A stretch of DNA of 24,000 bases from Acidihalobacter aeolianus (lineage in GTDB: Bacteria; Pseudomonadota; Gammaproteobacteria; DSM-5130; Acidihalobacteraceae), in assembly GCF_001753165.1 (NCBI RefSeq), contig NZ_CP017448.1, forward strand, positions 490,462 to 514,461, given 5' to 3'. Under the pieces are notes generated by a model. The model was not told the DNA's origin. It saw only the letters and a list, made by a program, of their open reading frames with translations, and searched no databases. The position numbers and the translations under genes are program-made. Positions 15,689 through 22,927 of the stretch are shown here, piece after piece. Position 1 is the stretch's first letter; each line of letters starts with the position of its first letter.

Positions 15689-17757
15689 GTGCGTACTTTC
15701 GACCCTGGTCGGCCAGTCGCGGATCGATGACGTGCTGTCTGTTCCAGCCCCGACAGCGGCCGTTCAACGCCTAAGCTCACCGGCGGTAATGGAGCGCAGC
15801 GGAATTGCCGTCCGGTGCAGCGCCTTGTGTACGCCCGACATGGGCATGAACTGATGGGGTGAAAGTCCCCTGTAGGAGTACCTGTATAGTCCATGCGGAC
15901 GAATGTAACTACTAGCCGACGGCAAGGGCAAACCCGCGAGGGGATGTCTGAAGGAAGCCCGAGCGCAAAGGTGCGAGCCGACGGACAGAAATCGCATAGA
16001 AGGCTCAGTCCCCGGGCGAGTCAGCACAAGATGACGAAGCCCGCCAGGTGCAGGGGATAGGGTAAATGCGGCGGTTGTGCACCGAAAGTTCATGTCCTTA
16101 TTCGGGGAGATCTGCCCGGCTTGCGGCCGTGTTGGGTTATGGGAGCCGGACTGAGGCCCACGGCGAAAGTCGTGGAACCGCCACCGGACCCTACTGTCCA
16201 TCTGCTGCAGCGCGTCTTGCGGTAACGCAGGACGTGACCGGGCAGAAGTCAGCAGAGGCCATAGTAGGCGGCCGGGGACGGAATCCCCGCCGGTGAAGGG
16301 CCGAACATGAGAAACCAAGGAGGAGCTGTGAGTCACTCGCCACCATCGCCGAACCCGACCGGGGGAGATGCGTCGCGGCGTGGTCTCACGCAGCCAGCCT
16401 TGCACGAGGAGTTGATGGCGCGGGTCCTGGACAGTGCGAACGTGCGACGCGCATGGAAGCGGGTAAAGACCAACAAGGGTGCTCCCGGCATCGACGGGAT
16501 GCGCATCGAGGACTTTCCCGAGTTCGCCCGGACGAACTGGCCACAAATCCGCCAGCAGCTTGCCAATGGTATCTATCAACCCCAGCCGGTGCGTCGGGTC
16601 TCGATCCCGAAGCCGAACGGGGGCGAGAGGTTGCTGGGGATCCCGACCGTAATCGACCGGGTGATCCAGCAGGCCATCGCGCAAGTACTCACGCCGATCT
16701 TCGATCCCGAGTTCTCGGAATCGAGCTTCGGCTTCCGACCGGGGCGCTCCGCCCACGGAGCAATCAGACAGGTACAAGGCCACATCAAGGCCGACTACCG
16801 CATCGCCGTCGACCTGGACTTGGCGAAATTCTTCGACAACGTCCGGCACGATATCCTTATGGTCAGAGTGGCCAGAAAGGTGCGCGACAAGCGGCTGCTG
16901 GCCCTGATCGGTCGCTACCTGCGGGCGGGTGTCCTGGTCGGGGAGTCCATCCAGGCAACGGAAATCGGCACGCCGCAGGGCGGGCCGCTCTCTCCGCTGC
17001 TGGCCAATATCCTTTTGGACGACCTTGACCGAGAACTGGACGGACGTGGCCACCGGTTTGCCCGCTACGCGGACGACCTGGTGATCCTCGTCAAGACTTT
17101 CAGAGCCGGAGAACGGGTGAAGGCGAGCGTGACCCGTTTCCTCACCCGAAAGTTGGCACTGGTGGTCAATGAGCAGAAGAGCCGGGTAGTGAAGACCAAC
17201 GACTGCACGTTTCTCGGGTTTACGTTTCGGGGAACGAAGCTGCGCTGGTCCGACCGCGCCTTCGAGGACTTCAGGCACCACGTCCGGCGATTGACCGGTC
17301 GTTCCTGGGGCGTCTCGATGGCATACCGATTCATGAAGCTCGCCCGGTACGTGCGAGGCTGGATGGGTTACTTCGGCATCTCGGATTACTACCGACCGCT
17401 CCCCGAGATCGACCATTGGCTGCGCCGCCGGGTGCGCATGTGCTACTGGAAACAGTGGCGCTATGTGCGCACCAAGGTCCGCCACCTGGTGGCCTTGGGG
17501 ACGTTCAAACGCCAAGCGATCCTGACGGCGCTCAGCAGCAAGAGCTACTGGCATCTATCCCGCACGCTGGCGACACAATCCGGAATGACGAATGAGTGGC
17601 TGAAACGCCAAGGGCTGATCGGTATCCGCGATCTGTGGATGAAAGCCCATGGCTATGCTTGATCTCCCTGTGTGCTTCTTTCTTATGAACCGCCTAGTGC
17701 GGACCCGCATGCTAGGTGGTGTGGGGAGGGCGGGCTAAACACCCGCCCTTACCCGAT
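15689..17757 (+). mobile_element. Bacterial group II intron (ORF-containing)
   Basis: The 5' end is GTGCG at 15689, about 620 nt of structured GC-rich RNA before the ORF. Domain V lies at 17689-17720: ACCGCCUAG/CUAGGUGGU stem, UG bulge, UGCG-GACC-CGCA. Domain VI lies at 17724-17754 with a bulged A at 17751, 7 nt before the proposed 3' end ...CCCGAU. Boundaries are approximate (+/- a few nt). Confidence 0.8.
16307..17662 (+). CDS. Group II intron reverse transcriptase/maturase (no endonuclease domain)
   Basis: RT motifs are present: KGAPGIDG, IPKPNGGERLLGIPTVIDRVIQQA, GFRPGRSAH, DLDLAKFFDNV, GTPQGGPLSPLLANILL and the catalytic YADD. A maturase/X region follows (RGWMGYFG) and the protein ends there, with no HNH/En domain. 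An in-frame GTG at 16328, behind aaggagg, is an alternative start. Confidence 0.9.
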   Translation: MRNQGGAVSHSPPSPNPTGGDASRRGLTQPALHEELMARVLDSANVRRAWKRVKTNKGAPGIDGMRIEDFPEFARTNWPQIRQQLANGIYQPQPVRRVSIPKPNGGERLLGIPTVIDRVIQQAIAQVLTPIFDPEFSESSFGFRPGRSAHGAIRQVQGHIKADYRIAVDLDLAKFFDNVRHDILMVRVARKVRDKRLLALIGRYLRAGVLVGESIQATEIGTPQGGPLSPLLANILLDDLDRELDGRGHRFARYADDLVILVKTFRAGERVKASVTRFLTRKLALVVNEQKSRVVKTNDCTFLGFTFRGTKLRWSDRAFEDFRHHVRRLTGRSWGVSMAYRFMKLARYVRGWMGYFGISDYYRPLPEIDHWLRRRVRMCYWKQWRYVRTKVRHLVALGTFKRQAILTALSSKSYWHLSRTLATQSGMTNEWLKRQGLIGIRDLWMKAHGYA

Positions 17758-17765
17758 TAGCCGTT

Positions 17766-18773
17766 TTATACATAGCCTGGTATTCGACGGTGCTTGTTTG
17801 CCATTCTTATGTATTCGATTCGTGGTCGCTGATTAGCGTCAAGCGGTAGATGAATTTTTTTGTCCAAAAATGACTTAAACTCCTTAATCCCACCATCCAG
17901 TTTATGTTGTTTTAGCTCATCTGCCTTTTCCGCATTTAGCCTCATCACATAGTTTTCATCGAGATAAATCAAGCAATTGTCGTATGCTCTATGAAATGTC
18001 GGAGATAGAGACATCCCATTTGTAACATGATCACTGCTATCTCCTGAAGGCACAGGTAGAATGTGAGCAGCATCCACAAGGCGCAATTGGAGTCTTGTAA
18101 CTGCACATCTGTTGTCATAGGCACTTAATACAATTTTTCTGAAGTTTGCGTCACGCGAGTACCTGCTGACATTTTCCACAATGAGTTTTCTTTTTGCCGT
18201 AAGTGATGAAATATCCTGCTCAGGGATCTCTTGTAACTCGACAGCCTTTGTTAGCAATTCTGTAAGATTGCTTTCAGCGCCATATAGATGCAACGGCTCG
18301 GCGTTCAGGCAATATGTTAGAAACTGATCTGGCCGAACCCCAATTGCTATTTCGTCATTATCTTTAGTGACGAATGAGAGACCATTTTGTAACGCCGAAT
18401 GTATCGCGGAGATTCCTATTTGAACTGAGGGAGACCCCGCAGTAAATGTGCTGTGTTTCTTTAAATCAAAGCCTGCAAACATCTTTAAATCTGGGTTATA
18501 GCCCATGAGTACAGTCAATCCGCTTGGGTTCTTCTGTAATGGTGAAGACACAGATGTCATTTGTATTCTGTACTCATCGGGCAATGAAACCCGACCGCCG
18601 TGGGTGAGCGTCCACATGTAAACCCAAAGGCTGTATGTGTTTCCTAAAAAGCTAACGATAAACTTGCGAGGATGTGTTCTAACAGTCTCAGAGACATAAG
18701 CAGCCACGCCGCCAGATTGCTGAATCGCGTCAATTAGTTCGTTGACAATCAGTGTAGGGCTAACGGCTGGCAT
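17766..18773 (-). CDS. HNH-family nuclease, putative Type II restriction endonuclease
   Basis: The C-terminus has an HNH (HNH_2-like) signature: DNRCAVTRLQLRLVDAAHILPV...HVTNGMSLSPTFHRAYDNCLIYLD. I do not recognise the N-terminal ~220 aa. I chose the ATG at 18773 (preceded by aaggaag), which overlaps the MTase 3' end by 14 nt. The track start at 18866 would overlap by 107 nt. Confidence 0.7.
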   Translation of the reverse strand: MPAVSPTLIVNELIDAIQQSGGVAAYVSETVRTHPRKFIVSFLGNTYSLWVYMWTLTHGGRVSLPDEYRIQMTSVSSPLQKNPSGLTVLMGYNPDLKMFAGFDLKKHSTFTAGSPSVQIGISAIHSALQNGLSFVTKDNDEIAIGVRPDQFLTYCLNAEPLHLYGAESNLTELLTKAVELQEIPEQDISSLTAKRKLIVENVSRYSRDANFRKIVLSAYDNRCAVTRLQLRLVDAAHILPVPSGDSSDHVTNGMSLSPTFHRAYDNCLIYLDENYVMRLNAEKADELKQHKLDGGIKEFKSFLDKKIHLPLDANQRPRIEYIRMANKHRRIPGYV

Positions 18774-19776
18774 CTTTTTCTTCCTTTGTGCTTTGTTTGG
18801 CGGGACGGGCCTTTCCCCCGTCAACTGGTAACGGCTCTTCATTATCAACGCCATTCCATAATGCACCAGGATGAGAAAGATTGTATGTAGGAATTTTTCT
18901 TTCTAACGACTTGACCGGGAATCTCAACCTTCCGCCCTCAATGTATTCTTTCTCTAACTCAACGCAAACCCATTTTCGTTCAAGCCTTTCGGCGGCCTCC
19001 CCCGTAACACAAGACCCACCAAATGGATCAAATACAAGATCACCTTTGTCTGACAACATGCGTATGAAATATTCCGGCAAATCAACAGGGAATCTTGCTG
19101 GGTGTGGCTTAATTCCATTTTCTTTGCACTTGGTCAGATATGCGGAGTTGCTTTCAGTATTGGCAATTGCAATTAAATTTGGAGGAATAGAAGCGCCATT
19201 ATCTTTGGAAAATTTATCGCTAATATCGTGTCCGCTCGGGCGCATCTGGGCTTTGTACCCATTCTTTAGCAATCCCTTCATCGACTCACTATAAGGAACC
19301 AAAATCCTACGATTGCTTGCTTTCGGCCACGGTGTCTTTGATAGCCACCATACGCAATTTATGGCATCTTTGACCCTGATTCGCCTAATATTTACCCATT
19401 CTGCGGGGGTGGGTAATTTAGATGGGTTCCACCAGAAAAAATCTTGCGCCAGGTGAAATCCATACTCGCGACAAAGCATGATCATTAGCTCATAATGATA
19501 TAGTGATCTGGTTGGTTGCCCCGGTATCCACGCGCCACCAATATCTATTACGAGTGACCCGTCTTCTCGAAGGATTCTATGAAACTGTTCCGCAAAAGGG
19601 CGGAACCAATCCAAATATTCATGTGCATCTGCGTTGCCGTAGTCCTTCTTTCTCACGAGCCCAAATGGCGGAGATGTCATTATGAGATTAACTTCGCCGT
19701 CTCGCAGTGTAGGCATATACGCTAACGAGTCTGCGTGATAGATACTTCCAAATTGCGTTTTATAGAATTTCTTCAT
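18760..19776 (-). CDS. Beta-class amino DNA methyltransferase (N4-cytosine or N6-adenine)
   Basis: SPPF (motif IV) lies near the N-terminus (IMTSPPFGL) and the AdoMet motif I near the C-terminus (VFDPFGGSCVTGEAA). This is the beta permutation. SPPF is typical of N4mC enzymes such as M.PvuII, but N6A is not excluded. Confidence 0.85.
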   Translation of the reverse strand: MKKFYKTQFGSIYHADSLAYMPTLRDGEVNLIMTSPPFGLVRKKDYGNADAHEYLDWFRPFAEQFHRILREDGSLVIDIGGAWIPGQPTRSLYHYELMIMLCREYGFHLAQDFFWWNPSKLPTPAEWVNIRRIRVKDAINCVWWLSKTPWPKASNRRILVPYSESMKGLLKNGYKAQMRPSGHDISDKFSKDNGASIPPNLIAIANTESNSAYLTKCKENGIKPHPARFPVDLPEYFIRMLSDKGDLVFDPFGGSCVTGEAAERLERKWVCVELEKEYIEGGRLRFPVKSLERKIPTYNLSHPGALWNGVDNEEPLPVDGGKARPAKQSTKEEKDASR

Positions 19777-20315
19777 GGGTTCCTGATCTGTTTAGTTTTG
19801 TACGGCTAACAGTAAATATAGAGACCGATGGGTCCGGACATTCTTTAATATGGAGACGCGAGCGAATCGACTATAACCATTAGATTTCGTTACATCATGT
19901 TACCTCACATTTTTGTCTCTATATGCATGCATGAATACAGGGACACGCGGATGCACCCATGACTCCCATGCGCTATTGTTCGGTTTTTATCTACAGGAGC
20001 GATTCTCATGGGGTCAAATCCCACACCGTCTGTTTGATTTGGTCTCCATCGTTTGCCGCCGTCGGCATTACAACCCACTGTATCCACTGAGCTACCACTA
20101 CCAAATCCATTTTAGAACTGTATTGGGCTGGGATTCAGCACAAAGCAGCCTTTCATATGCCTGTTTCGGCAGACACCTGACCGGCCGGATGTGGTCGAAA
20201 GCACCAACCAGTTCAGACAAGCATCCACATAACGGACACTACCAGAATCAGCTATCTCCATCACAGACGTAGTCAACCACATAGTTAGAGATAGGGCCCG
20301 GTGATAACAGTTGGT

Positions 20316-20341
20316 GTTTCAATCAGATAATTTGGATACCC
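20316..20341 (-). repeat. Terminal inverted repeat, right
   Basis: The minus strand reads GGGTATCCAAATTATCTGATTGAAAC from the tip at 20341. Confidence 0.75.
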
Positions 20342-20349
20342 TTTTTTAT
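20342..20349. repeat. Target-site duplication, right copy (TTTTTTAT)
   Basis: This 8-mer is identical to 15555-15562. Confidence 0.75.
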
Positions 20350-20423
20350 CTGCGATACAGGACTGGGCGAAATGAGGCGCTCCCGGGGTAAGCTGTGAGG
20401 CCGCCCCAAGACCGGAGAGCACG

Positions 20424-20906
20424 ATGCCGCGCAAGCCCGCACACCTGCCGATGGCGGCCCTGGAAATCCCGCCCCGCAGCACGCCTTCGAACTACCCCGA
20501 ACCCTTCGCCTCGCGCATGGCGGGGCGCGAAAAACGCGCGCTGGGCGACTTCTTCGGGCTGACGAATTTCGGCGTCAACCTGACGCGCCTGCAGCCGGGG
20601 GCGGTTTCCGCGCTGCGGCATGCGCACACGCGCCAGGACGAATTCCTCTATATCCTCGAAGGCACGCCGACCCTGCATACGGACGAAGGCAGCTTCCCGC
20701 TGTGGCCGGGTCAGTGCGTGGGTTTTCCCGCCGGCGGCGGCAACGCCAATCATCTGGTCAACGAGTCGGGCGCGGACGTGCTGTACCTGGAGGTCGGCGA
20801 CCGCACCCCGGGCGATGCCGCGAGCTATCCGGACGACGACATCCTGGCGCAGGCGGTCGAGGGCGGCTGGGCGTTCACGCACAAGGACGGCACGCCGTAT
20901 CCCTGA
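20424..20906 (+). CDS. Cupin-domain protein
   Basis: RHAHTRQDEFLYILEGTPTL and GFPAGGGNANHLVN fit the two cupin motifs (H.H...E / G....H). The ATG is preceded by ggagag. Confidence 0.7.
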   Translation: MPRKPAHLPMAALEIPPRSTPSNYPEPFASRMAGREKRALGDFFGLTNFGVNLTRLQPGAVSALRHAHTRQDEFLYILEGTPTLHTDEGSFPLWPGQCVGFPAGGGNANHLVNESGADVLYLEVGDRTPGDAASYPDDDILAQAVEGGWAFTHKDGTPYP

Positions 20907-20910
20907 GCGG

Positions 20911-21252
20911 TCAGCGGTCCGGCAGCCTGCGCGCGAAGCGCAGGATCGCCACCAGCACCGGCACCAGCCCGATCAGCGGGACGAGGGCATAGGGCAGCGA
21001 CCAGGGGCTGCGCGGGGTCGGCGCCCATGGCCCGGCCAGCAGCGCGAACAGCAGCAGGAAGACGCCGAAGGCCAGGATCAGGCGCCCGCCGTAGGCATTG
21101 ATCGCGTACCAGTTCCGCCGGGAGGCGAAGGCCTTGCGGATGCGGACGCCGTAGAAGTGGTTCATCGGCACCTTGCGCAGGATCAGCGGGATGGACAGCA
21201 CGATGAACGCCAGACCCATTCCGGCATGGACGTAACGGATCGGCAGGATCAT
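20911..21252 (-). CDS. SdpI/YhfL-family membrane protein
   Basis: VPMNHFYGVRIRKAFASRRNWYAINAYGG matches the SdpI signature (P.N...G.R......S...W...N), flanked by TM helices. I chose the ATG at 21252 (preceded by gagga) over the track start at 21330. Confidence 0.6.
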   Translation of the reverse strand: MILPIRYVHAGMGLAFIVLSIPLILRKVPMNHFYGVRIRKAFASRRNWYAINAYGGRLILAFGVFLLLFALLAGPWAPTPRSPWSLPYALVPLIGLVPVLVAILRFARRLPDR

Positions 21253-21424
21253 GTGCGCATCCTCGGTCGAGATGCCGCCGATTATCCGGCTGCCGGTGCA
21301 GCGCCACAATCCTGCTGCGGCCGTGCTCATGGTGAGCCCATGGATTCGACAGGGCGGCGGTCCTACACTCAGGCAATGATGGGTCGCCGCATCCGACCGA
21401 GGCGGTCAGCGGGAGCGTCAAGTC

Positions 21425-22144
21425 ATGAAAATCTACGGCGATGCCGGTTCCGGCAACTGCTACAAGATCAAGCTGTTGTGCGGTCTGCTGGACATTCCCC
21501 ACGAATGGGTGGCGGTGGACATCATGGCCGGAGGGACGGACACTGGGGCATTTCTGCGCATGAATCCCAACGGCAAGATCCCGGTGGCGGAATTCGACGA
21601 CGGAAGATATCTCGCCGAGTCGAATGCGATCGTGAACTACCTGGCGCGCGGCAGCGCCCTGCTCCCCGATGATCCCTGGCGGCTCGCAAAGGTGCAGGAA
21701 TGACAGTTTTTCGAGCAGTACAGCCACGAACCCTATATTGCCGTCGCCCGCTTCATCGCCCGCTACCTCGGCCTGCCGGAGGCGCGCAGGGCGGAATACG
21801 AGGCCAAGCAGGCCGGCGGCCGCAAGGCGCTCGGGATCATGGAACGGCAGCTCGCGGAGACGCCCTACCTGACCGGGGACGACCTCGCCACGGCCGACAT
21901 CAGCCTGTATGCCTACACCCACGTGGCGCATGAGGGCGGTTTCGATCTCGCGGCGTTCCCGGCGGCCGGTCGGCCGTCGTCCCTGTTGCAAATCCGAGTG
22001 CGTGGGTGGGATTTGGCGTGGCGTTTGCATACGTCAACGCCATCGTTCGCGGCGCGTGAACGACAGACCGCCACACCGGCGACATCGACCAGCAGCCCAG
22101 GGAGGATCCCGCATGACCTATTCCATCGTCGCCCGCGATCCTGA
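21425..22144 (+). pseudogene. Glutathione S-transferase gene with an in-frame TGA at a conserved Trp; 3' end unclear
   Basis: It has an N-terminal thioredoxin-like GST domain (MKIYGD.GSGNCYKIKLL...NPNGKIPV...ESNAI.NYLA). The TGA at 21701-21703 interrupts ...AKVQE*QFFEQYSHEPYIAVARF..., where relatives as I recall them read (Q/E)W.FFEQYSHEP. The same frame stays open to 22144, overlapping the DUF1028 start, and its last ~60 codons do not look GST-like. Confidence 0.75.
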
Positions 22145-22877
22145 CACCGGCCATTTCGGCCTGGCCGTGGCCAGCCGTTTCTTCGCCGCCGGCGCACTCG
22201 TGCCGCACATCCGCGGGGGCGTCGGCGCGATCGCCACGCAGGCCATGGTCAGCCCGCTGTACGGCGTCGACGGCATGCGCCTGCTCGCCGAGGGCATCGC
22301 GCCGGAGGAGATCGTGCGCCGGCTGACCGAGGCCGATGAGGGACGCGCGTTTCGCCAGCTGCATCTCATCGACGCACACGGCAACAACGCCGCCTACACC
22401 GGTTCCGAGTGTACGGACTGGGCCGGCCACCGGGTGGCCGAGAACGTGTCCGTGGCCGGCAACATCCTGGCCGGTCCGGAGGTGGTCGACGACATGCTGA
22501 GCGCCTACCAGGCCGCGCTGGACCTGCCGCTGGCGGATCGCTTGCTGCTGGCCCTGGAGGCGGCCGAGGCCGCGGGCGGCGACAGCCGCGGTCAACAGTC
22601 CGCGGCGCTCGAAATCTATCGCGACCAGGACTACCCCTGGCTGAGCATCCGCACCGACGACCACGGCGACCCGCTGCGCGAACTGCGCCGGCTCTACGAG
22701 GTGGCGCACGAGGGCTATATCCATTTCGCGGACATGTTGCCGACGCGCGCAAATCCGCATGGCGTGACCGATCGCGGCGAATTCCGCCGCCGCATCGACC
22801 AACTCGAAGCCGAATATGCGGCGAACGGCCGGGTTTCGGTCTCGTTCGCCACGAACCGGGAGACCGGCGAGGGCTGA
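22113..22877 (+). CDS. DUF1028-family (Ntn-hydrolase-fold) protein
   Basis: MTYSIVARDPDTGHFGLAVASRFFAAGALVPHIRGGVGAIATQA matches the typical DUF1028 N-terminus (M-T-[FY]-S-I-V-A-R-D). The ATG is preceded by gggagga. Confidence 0.8.
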   Translation: MTYSIVARDPDTGHFGLAVASRFFAAGALVPHIRGGVGAIATQAMVSPLYGVDGMRLLAEGIAPEEIVRRLTEADEGRAFRQLHLIDAHGNNAAYTGSECTDWAGHRVAENVSVAGNILAGPEVVDDMLSAYQAALDLPLADRLLLALEAAEAAGGDSRGQQSAALEIYRDQDYPWLSIRTDDHGDPLRELRRLYEVAHEGYIHFADMLPTRANPHGVTDRGEFRRRIDQLEAEYAANGRVSVSFATNRETGEG

Positions 22878-22927
22878 TCCGGGACCTCGGCAAGACATTC
22901 ATCACTCGGCGACAAAGGGGGAAGCCG

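Larger units (their letters stand above)
15563..20341. mobile_element. Transposase-less IS-like cassette (mobile insertion cassette) carrying a Type II R-M system and a nested group II intron
   Basis: It has terminal inverted repeats, an 8-bp TSD and mirrored subterminal TGGTTGA motifs about 16 and 61 nt from each tip. Composition is AT-richer than the flanks (by eye, not computed), except for the intron. No ORF looks like a transposase or integrase. Confidence 0.75.

Noticed and set aside
15528-15689. Classic IIC-intron insertion directly after the copper-receptor terminator
   Set aside because: The proposed intron 5' end (GTGCG at 15689) is 129 nt beyond the U-tract. The intervening DNA is the AT-rich left end of the cassette, with its own IR and TSD. 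It was therefore the cassette, not the intron, that inserted at the terminator.
15582-15854. 90-aa ORF crossing from the cassette left end into the intron
   Set aside because: It spans the proposed intron 5' boundary and structured intron domain I, and has no coding features.
15764-17554. 596-aa minus-strand ORF antisense to the group II intron and its RT
   Set aside because: It has no recognisable domains and is the mirror frame of a canonical RT/maturase gene and structured intron RNA.
18774-18866. Upstream extension of the nuclease ORF (track start 18866)
   Set aside because: It would overlap the methyltransferase gene by 107 nt. The internal ATG at 18773 has a Shine-Dalgarno-like aaggaag and gives a 14-nt overlap typical of R-M operons. 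The longer start is not strictly excluded.
20078-20102. Intact tRNA gene on the minus strand
   Set aside because: The 5' acceptor/D-loop-like sequence has no complementary D-stem, anticodon stem or 3' acceptor strand downstream. At best it is a fragment.
19913-20272. 119-aa plus-strand ORF in the cassette's right arm (and 19905-20087 -)
   Set aside because: The sequence is Cys/His/Ser-rich and implausible, with no start context, and it spans the tRNA-like debris. I treat it as non-coding.
8214-21703. Alternative genetic code (TAG=Tyr or TGA=Trp) explaining the in-frame stops
   Set aside because: Within this same window, TGA and TAG terminate well-supported genes at their expected ends. TGA ends higA, vapB, the GNAT, the cupin and DUF1028. 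TAG ends the hydrolase, the MscS-like gene and the first TonB receptor. Point mutation or sequence error is more parsimonious.
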